Positions 1 to 10,163 of a stretch of DNA of 32,000 bases are shown here, piece after piece; positions within the stretch are counted from its first letter, which is position 1, and each line of letters starts with the position of its first letter. This DNA is from an uncultured Nitrospinota bacterium (lineage in GTDB: Bacteria > Nitrospinota > Nitrospinia > Nitrospinales > JAJDAT01), in assembly GCA_964570665.1 (NCBI GenBank), contig CAZMZH010000007.1, forward strand, positions 29,319 to 61,318. The letters are read 5' to 3'. The notes below the pieces were generated by a model. The model was not told the origin of the DNA. It did not search any database and worked only from the letters and a program-made list of their open reading frames with translations. The position numbers were made by a program, and so were the translations under genes.

Positions 1-510
1 TCTAGCGGTAGTTTTAGTGAGGCCAATTAAACCAGCCTTAGCGGCTGAGTAGTTAGCTTGGCCAAAATTACCCATAACGCCCACTATAGAAGCAATATTA
101 ACAATAGAACCTGATTTTTGCTTCATCATTTGTTTTGTCGCTTGCTGAGTACACAAGAAACAGCCTTTAAGATTGGTAGATAAAACCGCGTCCCAATCGC
201 TTTCCTTCATACGAATCAACAATCCATCCCGAGTAATCCCTGCATTATTAACCAAAATATCTACCAGTTTTTGCTCTTTCGAAATGGAGTCGAAAACTGA
301 TTGAATATCCGCTGAATCGGTAACATCCAAACGCTTGGCCGAAGAAGACCCGCCAGCGCTTTTGATCTCTTCGGAAGATTTTTCGGCAACTTCTAACTGA
401 ATATCCGCGAGGACTACATGGGCTCCATCTCCGGCTAATTTTTTGGCAATAGCCAAACCGATTCCTTGAGCTCCACCGGTAACCAGGGCTATTTTACCAT
501 TTAATCCCAT
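1..510 (-). CDS. fabG: 3-oxoacyl-[ACP] reductase FabG (partial, 3' end beyond the window)
   Basis: Reverse strand from the ATG at 508-510 reads MGLNGKIALVTGGAQGIGLAIAKKLAGDGA...DILVNNAGITRDGLL...NYSAAKAGLIGLTK. This has the SDR TGxxxGIG, NNAG and YxxxK motifs. It lies next to fabD/fabH. Confidence 0.95.
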   Translation of the reverse strand, partial: MGLNGKIALVTGGAQGIGLAIAKKLAGDGAHVVLADIQLEVAEKSSEEIKSAGGSSSAKRLDVTDSADIQSVFDSISKEQKLVDILVNNAGITRDGLLIRMKESDWDAVLSTNLKGCFLCTQQATKQMMKQKSGSIVNIASIVGVMGNFGQANYSAAKAGLIGLTKTTAR

Positions 511-580
511 TTATCACTCCAATATATATTTTCAAAAATTTATAATTTTTTAAAAAACAAAATCAAAAAAATTCTAGCGA

Positions 581-1522
581 TTAAGATTCCTTCAAAGTCG
601 CCACCGCTTTTTCAAGCGATTCCCTATCGCCAATTGGAATACAAGTTTTCGATTTATCATAACGTTTTATTAATCCGCATAAAACCTTTCCAGGGCCGAA
701 TTCAATGACTCTTTCAATTTTTTCATTTACTAAATAAGTCATAGTTTCCGTCCATCTAACTGGAGAACAAACTTGACGAACTAAAGAGTCTCTTGCTATT
801 GTTCCATCAGAGACAGCTTTACAGTCTACATTTGTAATTACAGGAAAAATTGAATCTTTAAAGGTTATTTCTTCAAGTTTTGCTTTAAGTTTAATTTCGG
901 CAGGTTTCATGAGGGAGCAATGAAACGGAGCGCTGACCGGCAATAAAATTGATTTTTTAGCGCCAGAATTTTTAGCTTCTTCAGCCAGTTTTTCTACTGC
1001 ATCTTTATGGCCCGCTGCAACAATTTGAGTTGGACTATTCATATTAGCAGGTTGGACAAAACATTCAGCCTTGGAAATTTGGTTACAAAGTTTTTCGACT
1101 TCGTTTAATTCCAAACCAATAATAGCCGCCATGGCGCCAACCCCAACAGGAACCGCTTCTTGCATATATCGGCCCCGATTCTGTACAACTTTTACTGCAT
1201 CGGCAAACTCTAAAGCGCCTGCGGCAACTAAAGCGGAATACTCTCCTAAGCTATGTCCGGCGGCAACCACGGCATCTATATCATGTTCCCTAAGGCTTTT
1301 CAAGGCTATTATACTGTGTATTAATATTGCCGGTTGGGTGTTTTCAGTGAGCATTAATTCGTCTTCCGGACCTTCAAAACAGATACGCGCAATATCTTTC
1401 TCAAGAAGTTCGTTTGCTTCTTCATACATGGATTTAGCCCAATCAAAACCATCGTAGAAATCTTTCCCCATTCCTACAAATTGAGCTCCCTGTCCTGGAA
1501 ATACAAAGGCCGTTTTTACCAT
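581..1522 (-). CDS. fabD: Malonyl-CoA:ACP transacylase FabD
   Basis: FPGQGAQFVGMGKDF, GHSLGEYSAL catalytic serine motif, VSAPFHCSLM; neighbours fabH/fabG. Confidence 0.97.
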   Translation of the reverse strand: MVKTAFVFPGQGAQFVGMGKDFYDGFDWAKSMYEEANELLEKDIARICFEGPEDELMLTENTQPAILIHSIIALKSLREHDIDAVVAAGHSLGEYSALVAAGALEFADAVKVVQNRGRYMQEAVPVGVGAMAAIIGLELNEVEKLCNQISKAECFVQPANMNSPTQIVAAGHKDAVEKLAEEAKNSGAKKSILLPVSAPFHCSLMKPAEIKLKAKLEEITFKDSIFPVITNVDCKAVSDGTIARDSLVRQVCSPVRWTETMTYLVNEKIERVIEFGPGKVLCGLIKRYDKSKTCIPIGDRESLEKAVATLKES

Positions 1523-2502
1523 TTAACCAACGCCGCTCCCCAAGTTAATCCCGCTCCTAAAACGGGCATTAGAATTAGATCTCCAGATTTTATTTTACCG
1601 TCACACACCCATTCATGCAGCGCTATAGGAATAGAAGCAGCTGAAGTATTACCATATTTATGGATATTAACGGCTACTTTTTCTGTAGGTACCTTTAGTT
1701 TTGCTCCCACCGCGTCAATAATACGCTGGTTTGCCTGGTGAGGGATTATCCAATCCACATTTTCTAGCGAAAAACCATTGAATTTTAACGCTTCTAAGGA
1801 CACTTCGGTCATTCTTCTGACCGCTAATTTAAAAGTTGGGCCCCCATCCATTTTTATCACAAATTTGTTATCATCCAACGCTTTCTGAGAAATTCGTTCT
1901 TTGCCAAAACCTCCAGGGTTTTGGATTAATTCAGAATGGCCGCCATCTGAATAAATATGAGTTGAGAGTAATCCTGTTTTTTCGGAAGATTCGGTTTTTG
2001 ATAAAACTACAGCTCCAGCGCCATCGCCAAAAATAATGCAAGTTGAACGATCTTTCCAATCTACAATACGAGAATTGACTTCGCTAGCGACGACCAAAAC
2101 ATTCTGGTATCTACCAGATTTTATATATTGCTCCGCTATAGACAAGCCAAAGATAAAACCGGAACATACGGCTGAAATATCATAAGCTGCGCAATTCCCT
2201 GCATCTAATTTTTTTTGTAAAAAACAGGCTGTTGATGGAAAGATGATATCTGGCGTAGAAGTACAAACGATGATCATATCCAGGTTTTTAGCCTCTAATC
2301 CGGCTGAGTTTAGGGCTATTTTGGACGCCTCCAATGCCAAATCCGATGGGGCTTGATCTTCTGCGGCAATTCTTCTTTCTTTAATACCCGTTCTTTCGCT
2401 AATCCACTCATCCGAAGTATCGACCAACTTTTCCAAATCGAAATTAGTTAAAACCTTTTCGGGAACATACATTCCCGTGCCCTTAATTTCAGCGTTAAAC
2501 AA
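1516..2502 (-). CDS. fabH: Beta-ketoacyl-ACP synthase III FabH
   Basis: DTSDEWISERTGIKERRIA, AVCSGFIFGL catalytic Cys, PHQAN, HKYGNTSAASIP; overlaps fabD by 7 nt. Confidence 0.97.
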   Translation of the reverse strand: MFNAEIKGTGMYVPEKVLTNFDLEKLVDTSDEWISERTGIKERRIAAEDQAPSDLALEASKIALNSAGLEAKNLDMIIVCTSTPDIIFPSTACFLQKKLDAGNCAAYDISAVCSGFIFGLSIAEQYIKSGRYQNVLVVASEVNSRIVDWKDRSTCIIFGDGAGAVVLSKTESSEKTGLLSTHIYSDGGHSELIQNPGGFGKERISQKALDDNKFVIKMDGGPTFKLAVRRMTEVSLEALKFNGFSLENVDWIIPHQANQRIIDAVGAKLKVPTEKVAVNIHKYGNTSAASIPIALHEWVCDGKIKSGDLILMPVLGAGLTWGAALVKW

Positions 2503-2545
2503 AGAGTTTTTCTCCAGTCAGAACAGTAAGAGTTAGATAAAAGGT

Positions 2546-3811
2546 TTATTCTGCAGCCTCAGGCTTGGGATCGGATGGTTTGGGCGGAGTGGAATCGGAT
2601 GAATCAGGAGAAATGGGCCCTGACTGATCAGATAATTCTTTTGACTCGCTTGATACGATAGTTTCGTCTGATTCCTTTAAATCGGAAGGGTTTTCCAATG
2701 TGTCAGATGATTCCTCTGTCGGCTTTTCATTATCATTTGCCGAGTCCGTACCAAAATGAATACTTTCTTTCAAGTGTTGCCAAATTATTCCTTTTCGCAT
2801 CCAAAGATCTTGATCTTCTAAATTCTCTTCAATATCTTCTTGAATATGTTCATTGACCTTTTTTTCAATAAACTCTTTTGCTCTTTTTATAGCATTTTTA
2901 ATTGCTTTTGGAGAAGAACTGCCATGCGCAATGATACAAACGCCATTAACTCCTAACAGTGGAGCTCCACCCGTTTCAGAATAATCGACGGATCTTTTAA
3001 AACTTTCCAAATAGGGTTTTAATAATAAAGCTCCTAACTTACTAATCCAGTTTGTCAAAAATATTTTTTTCAAACTTACGCCAATCATATGGGCCAAACT
3101 TTCACTTATCTTTAAAGCAACATTTCCTATAAAACCATCGCAAACAATGACGTCGGCGTTACCCTTGTAAACTTCTTTTCCTTCAATATTTCCCATGAAA
3201 TTGATATGGCTTTTTTTAAGCATTTGAAAAACTTCTTTGGTAATTTCATTACCTTTTGAGTCTTCCTCTCCAATGCTTAGTAATCCTACCTCTGGTTTTT
3301 CATTTCCTATAATATATTTTGCGTAAACATGGCCCATAATTGCAAATTGGAACAATTGAGCGGCTTTGCAATCCACATTGGCGCCAGCATCTAATAGAAT
3401 AGAAGTTCCTTTTAAAGTAGGTAGTTGAATGGCTATGGCAGGTCTATCTACACCTTTAAGCGGTCGAAGAATAATTGTGGAGTAAGCCAATACGGCCCCA
3501 GTATTGCCAGCGCTCACAAAGGCGCCGGCCTCCCCTTTTTTAACTAGGTCTAAACCAATCTTCATAGAAGATTTGCGTTTACCTCGCAAGGCTTTGCTAG
3601 GGGAGTCCTCCATCGTGACAATTTCATCGGCGTGAACCACTTCGATATTGAGACGTTCGCTAGCAGGAAACTTATTAAGCTCTTTTTCGACTAAATCCTT
3701 AATTCCTACAAGGATAATCTCTATATCATATTCTTTAGAGGCCAACACAGACCCCTCGACAATCGCCTCTGGAGCATGATCTCCGCCCATTGCGTCAACG
3801 ACTATTTTCAT
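2546..3811 (-). CDS. plsX: Phosphate acyltransferase PlsX with a long acidic Pro/Ser-rich C-terminal tail
   Basis: MKIVVDAMGGDHAPEAIVEG, DSPSKALRGKRKSSM, SAGNTGAVLA, LLDAGANVDCKA, CDGFIGNVALK, GGAPLLGVNGVCIIAHGSS; rpmF-plsX-fabH-fabD-fabG order. Confidence 0.96.
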   Translation of the reverse strand: MKIVVDAMGGDHAPEAIVEGSVLASKEYDIEIILVGIKDLVEKELNKFPASERLNIEVVHADEIVTMEDSPSKALRGKRKSSMKIGLDLVKKGEAGAFVSAGNTGAVLAYSTIILRPLKGVDRPAIAIQLPTLKGTSILLDAGANVDCKAAQLFQFAIMGHVYAKYIIGNEKPEVGLLSIGEEDSKGNEITKEVFQMLKKSHINFMGNIEGKEVYKGNADVIVCDGFIGNVALKISESLAHMIGVSLKKIFLTNWISKLGALLLKPYLESFKRSVDYSETGGAPLLGVNGVCIIAHGSSSPKAIKNAIKRAKEFIEKKVNEHIQEDIEENLEDQDLWMRKGIIWQHLKESIHFGTDSANDNEKPTEESSDTLENPSDLKESDETIVSSESKELSDQSGPISPDSSDSTPPKPSDPKPEAAE

Positions 3812-3949
3812 TCTTCACCAAATTCAGTAAAATTTGCCATACAGATCGAAGAGAGTTGGAGAATAAGGCGTTCCTTTGCTTGAGGCAACACATTGGCCAC
3901 TTCCATCAAGCCATCTACTCCAATATAGGTAGGAAGTTTGGAAGGACCT

Positions 3950-4132
3950 TTATGCGTCGTCAATCTCCAAAATCTCTTTTTCTTTATAATGTCCACAATA
4001 AGGGCATACCATATGCGGTCGCTTCATTTCAGAACATTCCGGACACTCGGAATAAGCTGGAACTTTTAAAGCATGATGGGACCTTCTCATTCCTTTTTTG
4101 GATTTAGAGGTCCTTTTTTTAGGGGTTGGCAT
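3950..4132 (-). CDS. rpmF: 50S ribosomal protein L32 (zinc-ribbon form)
   Basis: MPTPKKRTSKSKKGMRRSHHAL...CPEC...CPYCGHYK; located between plsX and DUF177. Confidence 0.95.
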   Translation of the reverse strand: MPTPKKRTSKSKKGMRRSHHALKVPAYSECPECSEMKRPHMVCPYCGHYKEKEILEIDDA

Positions 4133-4684
4133 CTAACTATTCTCCTTTTGTTGCAATTTTTCTTTCAGTTGTTTCAATTTTTCAAACCTTGGATCAATGG
4201 CGGCATTTTCGCCGCATTTGCATTGAGATTCGTTTAAATTTTGACCGCAATCCGAACACAACCCCAGGCAATCTTTTTTGCACAATTGAATCATTGGCAA
4301 AGCTAACATAATGGCATCGCGAACAGAAGCAGCTAAATTGATTTTGGAATCTGTATAAAATTCCGCATCAATTTCTTCTTCCAATGTTTGCCTTTCCATT
4401 TCTAATTCGTTCGCCGAAGGCTTTGGAATAAATCTAGCAAAAACTTCGGTTTCCGCTAAAAACTGAAAAGGCGCCAGGCAACGGGAACATAAAAGCCTTA
4501 AATCAGCTTTCGCTTTCCCTCTAAAATAAATTTCTTTTTTAAATAGCTTTAATTCACCTTTAACGGCGACTGGTTTTTCTAGAACGCAATCATTTTGATT
4601 TATTTCAAATAGTTCCGCATTTGCGGAAACATCCAAATTAAACCCACTGCTTGGAATTCGGTTTATCTCAAATTCCATGATCAC
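4133..4684 (-). CDS. DUF177 / YceD-family protein (23S rRNA accumulation protein family)
   Basis: LLCSRCLAPF...CKKDCLGLCSDCGQNLNESQCKC cysteine pattern typical of DUF177; adjacent to rpmF. Confidence 0.9.
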   Translation of the reverse strand: MIMEFEINRIPSSGFNLDVSANAELFEINQNDCVLEKPVAVKGELKLFKKEIYFRGKAKADLRLLCSRCLAPFQFLAETEVFARFIPKPSANELEMERQTLEEEIDAEFYTDSKINLAASVRDAIMLALPMIQLCKKDCLGLCSDCGQNLNESQCKCGENAAIDPRFEKLKQLKEKLQQKENS

Positions 4685-5383
4685 ATTTAGGAAAGTTGAT
4701 TAAAGCCCAAAATTATAGAAATACCTGGTGAGGCAAATTTTTATTTTATCTATTTCCCTTATCCTAGTCAAGCCAATTACTTTAATAAAATAAAGAGGTT
4801 AGAGACAAGCTTTTGAGGCTTTATAAATAAATATATAGTGGGGAATTAAAATATCTAAATTTAAGTATATGGGCGAAATTTATCCTGTATATCCAGAAAG
4901 CAGGTTTAAGCGATATGTGTATAAATATGAGCGGTAAAATTATCGAAAAGACAAACTTTTGCTGGGATAACCTTAAAATGTGCTAACCCTCGATAACGGC
5001 TAGTATCATCTCTGGAAACTATTCCACAAAGTTCTTTCCTTTTTAAATTCAAACTATTAATTAATTTGGAGAAATTTTTAATAAATAAAACTGGAAAGGC
5101 CTGGATAGTGATAATTATATTTCCATATATACTATAGAGGCAAAAAATTAATACTTAAGAGGGACAAAAAAGATTAAATTTTTCATATCAGAACCTTATT
5201 CAAGAAATTTTTCCAAATTTTAATAAATTTAATTTATTTTTCTGAAGAGGCTGATTGGATGACAGTATTATGATGTACGCGAAATGATACTTGATTAGGC
5301 CATTAGAGATCCATTACCTCCTCACACTTTTAGTCGCTTATTTCTTTTTTTAATTTAACAATCAAGACTAATACAAAACCAAA

Positions 5384-7099
5384 ATGATCAAATTAAGAAT
5401 ATTTATCAACGTCTTATTTTTTATCATTTTTTTATATGTGAATATAAAAACTAGCGAAGCCGAAATAACCTTTCTTACCTTGCCCGATTCTCCTTATGAA
5501 AATAAGGATTTTTATTTAGCCGAAAAAGAATTAAAAAACCTTCCAAAAAATACCAATTTTATTATTCACATTGGACATAAAACGGATGCACAAGAAGGAG
5601 ATTGTGATGAAAATAATTATAAAGATTTAAGTTTTTTACTAAAACAGTCCCCCCTACCCGTTTTTATAATTCCCGGCGCAAATGTCTATTGGAATTGCAA
5701 AAATAAAAATAAAAGAAATCCATTTTGGGATAAATACTTTGGACAATTTGAAAATAATTGGGATTTAAATTTTTCAGTCGCCAGACAAAAGGAACAAAAA
5801 GAAAACTTTGCGTTTTTATTGGAAAACACCCTTTTTATCGGAATCAATTTATTTGAAAAAAGAGATAGAGAAGTTATTAAATTTAATAAAATATTACGAA
5901 ATAATATTTCCTGGGTTCAAGAAAACTTAACTCAAAATCAAAACTTAGTTAAGAATTTAGTTATTTTCTCTCATGACTTTAGCGGACTTAAAGACGAAAA
6001 TTCTGATTATTTTGCTTGCGGTGAAATTCAATTTAACTCTTGGAATATTCATAAAGATTATAAGCTTTTTAGAGATCAATTTATTGAATTAGCCAAAAAC
6101 TTCAACAAACCAATCCTTTACATTCATGGGAATAAACAGTGTTGGACATATGATCGTCCTTATAAAGAACTAAAAAACATTGAAAGGATTATTTTAGATA
6201 AACTCGGAAATCAACCAATGGTTAAAATCACCGTAGGAAAAGGAGGTTTTGCTATAGATCAAAGAACCCATAATAGATTTGATTTCTACCTTCATGAAGC
6301 GATTCAAGGAAATCCAAGGTCGCAATATTTTCTTGGTTTAGAATACTTAAAAATACAAGACTACGAGAATTCAACAAAATGGCTAACAAAAGCGTCTCTT
6401 CAAAATTACCCTCCCGCACAAATCCTGCTAGGCGAAATGCTTAAAGGCAATAACAATGAAAATAAACTGAAAGATTATGCAAAGGCTATAGAACTGTTTC
6501 AGTTGTCAATAGATCGGAAAAATTTCAATATTAACAACGTCAAAAATAAAAAAACTGATAATACTCCTCTTACATACCAAAAAAGAATTAATCAATTTCA
6601 TAAAGAAGTAATAAAAAACTCTTTATATAAAGCTAATTTCAACCTAGGGACTATGTATTTTTTGGGTCTTGGGACCTCTCAGGACTATAAAAAAGCCTTA
6701 AATTATTTCAAAAAAGCTGGAAAAGGAGTTGGTAGCGCTTATTATAATATTGCAACAATCTACTACAATGGCCTAGGAGTTAAAAAGGATGTCAACGAAG
6801 CCAAAAATTGGTGTATCAAAGGGGCTTTAAATGGAATAAAAGAATGCAGTTTTTTGGTTGGTAACATTTATCGAACGGGTCAAGATGGCGTAAAACCAAA
6901 TTATTTGGAAGCTGTAAAATGGTTTAAGCTTGCAGGAAAACATGGAAAAAGTTTATTTAATCTTGGCGTTTTATATTTTAAAGGCTTAGGAGTCTCGCAG
7001 AATATTAAAACAGCAATCAAATATTTTAAAAATGCTGAAATAAATGGAAGTTTAGAAGCAAAAAAAGTATTAGAAAGTCTCCGCAGCGCTCCCAAATAA
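5384..7099 (+). CDS. Secreted protein: degenerate metallophosphatase-like N-domain plus C-terminal Sel1-like repeats
   Basis: N-terminal signal-like hydrophobic segment. ITFLTLPDSPY, FIIHIGHKTD, VFIIPGANVYW and LVIFSHD resemble calcineurin-like domain blocks. At least 4 Sel1 repeats follow (FNLGTMYFLGLGTSQDYKKALNYFKKA, YYNIATIYYNGLGVKKDVNEAKNWCIKGA and others). Confidence 0.75.
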   Translation: MIKLRIFINVLFFIIFLYVNIKTSEAEITFLTLPDSPYENKDFYLAEKELKNLPKNTNFIIHIGHKTDAQEGDCDENNYKDLSFLLKQSPLPVFIIPGANVYWNCKNKNKRNPFWDKYFGQFENNWDLNFSVARQKEQKENFAFLLENTLFIGINLFEKRDREVIKFNKILRNNISWVQENLTQNQNLVKNLVIFSHDFSGLKDENSDYFACGEIQFNSWNIHKDYKLFRDQFIELAKNFNKPILYIHGNKQCWTYDRPYKELKNIERIILDKLGNQPMVKITVGKGGFAIDQRTHNRFDFYLHEAIQGNPRSQYFLGLEYLKIQDYENSTKWLTKASLQNYPPAQILLGEMLKGNNNENKLKDYAKAIELFQLSIDRKNFNINNVKNKKTDNTPLTYQKRINQFHKEVIKNSLYKANFNLGTMYFLGLGTSQDYKKALNYFKKAGKGVGSAYYNIATIYYNGLGVKKDVNEAKNWCIKGALNGIKECSFLVGNIYRTGQDGVKPNYLEAVKWFKLAGKHGKSLFNLGVLYFKGLGVSQNIKTAIKYFKNAEINGSLEAKKVLESLRSAPK

Positions 7100-7280
7100 T
7101 AAATTAAAGATTTATTACCTATACTGTATTTCGATTTTTTATGGATACAGGATAACTAAAAACAAAATCAATAACCGTTTAAATTTCTTTTTCTATAAAA
7201 CTCTTGGAAGTTATAAAACGTCAAAAAACATTTTATTGATAATATCCTCATTATTCGATTTGAAATAAACCAAATTTTTT

Positions 7281-8981
7281 ATGATAAAACCTATACTTTT
7301 TTTAAAAACCTTATTTCTTATTATTATTTTCATATTTACGAATATTGATAACAGCAAGGCAGAAGTAAGTTTTCTTGCCATGGCCGATTCTCCTTATACC
7401 AACAAAGCTTTTTATTTAATTGAAAACGAATTAGAAAATGTTCCTCAAAACACAAATTTCATAATTCACCTTGGGGACATAAAACCAAAAGAAAAGAATT
7501 GTACAGAAAAAGATTATAAAGATTTTAGAGACCTTCTAAAACAATCGCCCATACCTGTTTTTATAATTCCGGGAACTAATGGTTATAGTGTTTGCGGCGA
7601 CCATTCCCAGGCAAAACAATTTTGGGATCAATATATCTTGAAATTTGAAAAAAATTGGAAGTTGAAATTTTTAGTAAATAGACAAAAAGAACAAAAAGAG
7701 AATTTTTCGTTTTTATTAGAGAATACGCTTTTTATAGGAATTAATTTATTCGAAAAAAAGAATCCAGAAAAAAATAGTTATAAAAATATATTAAAAAATA
7801 ATATAACTTGGCTACAAAAAAACTTAAAACAGCATCAAGATCAAGTAAAAAACCTTGTAATCTTTGCCCACGATTTTATCGGTCTAAAAAACAAGAATTA
7901 TTCCAATAAATCTTGCGGGAATATAATTTTAAAGTCTTGGAAAGCCCATAAAAGCAATGACTATTTTAGAAATCATTTTTATTCACTTGTTAAAGAATTT
8001 AAAAAACCTATCCTTTATATCAACGGTAACGATCATTGCTGGACCCATGACCGTCCTTATAAGGGAATAACTTTTTTTGAAAGAATTGTAATAGACAAGA
8101 TTGAAAAATTGCCAATGGTGAAATTTACGATAAAAGATAACAAGTTTCGTTTGGATCAACGAATCAAGGATAGAGAAAACATCTTAATTAAAAAAGCAAC
8201 TTTAGGAGACGTATGGTCTCAATACTTTCTTTCTTCAGAATACTTTAATTTAAATGAACTCCAAAAAGCAAAGAAATGGCTAGCTAAAGCGGCGAACCAG
8301 GAGTTTCCACCTGCCAAAGCTTTACTAGGAAAAATCCTTCAAGGTTTTTTAAATAAAACTTCAGGAGGAAACTATGACCAAGCTAATTTTTTATTACAAT
8401 CATCTATTAAAAAACAAGGCGCTGAAATTGATAATTTCTTAATTGGAAAAAACAATCTTCCATATCAAAAAAGAATTAATCAATTAAAACGAAAAATAAT
8501 AAAAGCTTCAAAATATGAAGCTCATTTTGACTTAGGCTTGATGTACTTTAGGGGGCTTGGGCAAAAACAAAATTATAAGGAAGCGTTAAAACATTACAAA
8601 AAAGCGAGCCAAGGCGTGGGTAATGCCTATTTTAATATTGCTATGTTCCACTTCTATGGTTTAGGAATTGCCAAAAATTCTAATGAGGCCATAAAATGGT
8701 GTACTAAAGGCGCCGTTCATGGGGTTACAGCCTGTATGTTTTTTATTGGCAAATTATATTTGGATGGCCTAGAAGTAAAAAAAGATTATAAAAAAGCCGC
8801 GAAATGGTTTAAATCTGCCGGCAATCATGCCCAAAGTTTATTACATCTAGGTTTTTTATATTTTAACGGTTTAGGAGTACCTCAAGACAATAAAATTGCG
8901 ATGAATTACTTTAAAAATTCTGCTAGAAATGGAAGTCAAGAAGCAAAAAAAATATTAGATATTATTAAAAACAATAAATAA
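7281..8981 (+). CDS. Tandem paralog of the 5384-7099 gene: metallophosphatase-like N-domain plus Sel1-like repeats
   Basis: Same architecture (VSFLAMADSPY, FIIHLGDIKP, VFIIPGTNGY, LVIFAHD, YINGNDHCW) and Sel1 repeats (HFDLGLMYFRGLGQKQNYKEALKHYKKA and others). Confidence 0.78.
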   Translation: MIKPILFLKTLFLIIIFIFTNIDNSKAEVSFLAMADSPYTNKAFYLIENELENVPQNTNFIIHLGDIKPKEKNCTEKDYKDFRDLLKQSPIPVFIIPGTNGYSVCGDHSQAKQFWDQYILKFEKNWKLKFLVNRQKEQKENFSFLLENTLFIGINLFEKKNPEKNSYKNILKNNITWLQKNLKQHQDQVKNLVIFAHDFIGLKNKNYSNKSCGNIILKSWKAHKSNDYFRNHFYSLVKEFKKPILYINGNDHCWTHDRPYKGITFFERIVIDKIEKLPMVKFTIKDNKFRLDQRIKDRENILIKKATLGDVWSQYFLSSEYFNLNELQKAKKWLAKAANQEFPPAKALLGKILQGFLNKTSGGNYDQANFLLQSSIKKQGAEIDNFLIGKNNLPYQKRINQLKRKIIKASKYEAHFDLGLMYFRGLGQKQNYKEALKHYKKASQGVGNAYFNIAMFHFYGLGIAKNSNEAIKWCTKGAVHGVTACMFFIGKLYLDGLEVKKDYKKAAKWFKSAGNHAQSLLHLGFLYFNGLGVPQDNKIAMNYFKNSARNGSQEAKKILDIIKNNK

Positions 8982-9056
8982 CTTATCCGATATTTTAATA
9001 TTTATGAATTAATCAAAGTTACTAAAGATTATTTATATTAGGTTTTAAAAGTCTGA

Positions 9057-9953
9057 TTATGGACGTGGGTGATATTTTTCATGTATTTCACGCAAGCGCG
9101 TTTGCATAACATGTGTATAAATTTGAGTCGTGGAAATATCAGAATGACCCAACATTTGCTGAACCGACCTTAAATCGGCTCCCCCTTCCAATAAATGAGT
9201 CGCAAAAGCATGGCGAAGTGTGTGTGGAGATACAGGTTTTTTGATACCCTCTATTAAGGTATATCTTTTTATAATTTTCCAAAAACCCTGACGAGTCATT
9301 GCTTTACCCCGCCGCGTTAAAAATAATTCTGAAACATTGCGTCCTTTTGTAAAACCGGGACGCGCTCTTAAAACATAATCTTCTACGGCATGCTTGGCAG
9401 CGTCTCCTATTGGAATCAGACGTTCTTTCGAACCCTTCCCAAAAGCTAAAACAAAGCCCATTTGCAAATTAACTTTAGAAGCTTCAAGGTTGATTAGTTC
9501 TGAAACCCGCACCCCAGCCGCGTACAAGATTTCCAACATAGCTTTATCCCGGAGTCCTTCTTGTGTTTTTAAGTCGGGCGCGTTTATTAACCGATCAACT
9601 TCTTCCAAACTCAATACATCAGGAAGTTTTTGTAAAAGCTTAGGCGTTTCTAGTAATTCGGCAGGATTTTTATCGGTGATTTTTTCTTGAATCAAGAATT
9701 CGAAAAACGACCTAATAGACGATTGTAATCTGGCAATTGACCTTGTAGACAGCCCACTCTGCCGAAGCTTTAATAAAAATTCTCTAATATTATTAACGGA
9801 AATATCTTCTAAACGATCGTTTTTAAATTCATTGGCGAATTTGTTCATATCTCTTCTATAAGCTTCCGTCGTGTTTAACGAGCGACGCTTTTCGATTGAA
9901 AGATAATCAACAAATTCTCTTATATAATGTTGCAATTCTATCCTCAGTTCCAA
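9057..9953 (-). CDS. xerD: Site-specific tyrosine recombinase XerD
   Basis: Core-binding domain SLNTTEAYRRDM. Catalytic blocks AAGVRVSEL, HTLRHAFATHLLEGGADLRSVQQMLGHSDISTTQIYTHV. Closer to XerD than XerC in the GADLRSVQxxLGH block. Confidence 0.9.
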   Translation of the reverse strand: MELRIELQHYIREFVDYLSIEKRRSLNTTEAYRRDMNKFANEFKNDRLEDISVNNIREFLLKLRQSGLSTRSIARLQSSIRSFFEFLIQEKITDKNPAELLETPKLLQKLPDVLSLEEVDRLINAPDLKTQEGLRDKAMLEILYAAGVRVSELINLEASKVNLQMGFVLAFGKGSKERLIPIGDAAKHAVEDYVLRARPGFTKGRNVSELFLTRRGKAMTRQGFWKIIKRYTLIEGIKKPVSPHTLRHAFATHLLEGGADLRSVQQMLGHSDISTTQIYTHVMQTRLREIHEKYHPRP

Positions 9954-10163
9954 CAGTTTTTTTTACGTCACTATGTGGCTAAAATCGTAAGTTCCACTCT
10001 GAATTTCATCCTGGTCCTTCGGTAAACTCAGGATAAACTCTGTCCAAGGATCACACCTCGATTCAATAAATCTTTTCCTATATCTACTATATAATAATAG
10101 CAAAAACTCATTTATTATCAATTAGTTATATGCTATTAGATTTTTCATGAATTTAAAACCTAA

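Noticed and set aside
1071-2036. Plus-strand ORFs antisense to fabD/fabH
   Set aside because: Low-complexity antisense translations of strongly supported minus-strand genes.
3808-3996. 62-aa minus-strand ORF between plsX and rpmF
   Set aside because: Overlaps the start of plsX and the end of rpmF in another frame and has no recognisable domain; most likely a spurious ORF in the leader.
4690-5380. Possible RNA gene in the ~700 bp intergenic gap
   Set aside because: No tRNA, rRNA or clear hairpin-terminator pattern found by eye; simply AT-rich with nothing supportable.
9057-9953. XerD-like recombinase as the integrase of the island or of a cassette/integron system
   Set aside because: Sequence is that of housekeeping XerD, it lies over 11 kb from the RHS/TA array with ordinary genes between, and no integron-like extra domain is visible.
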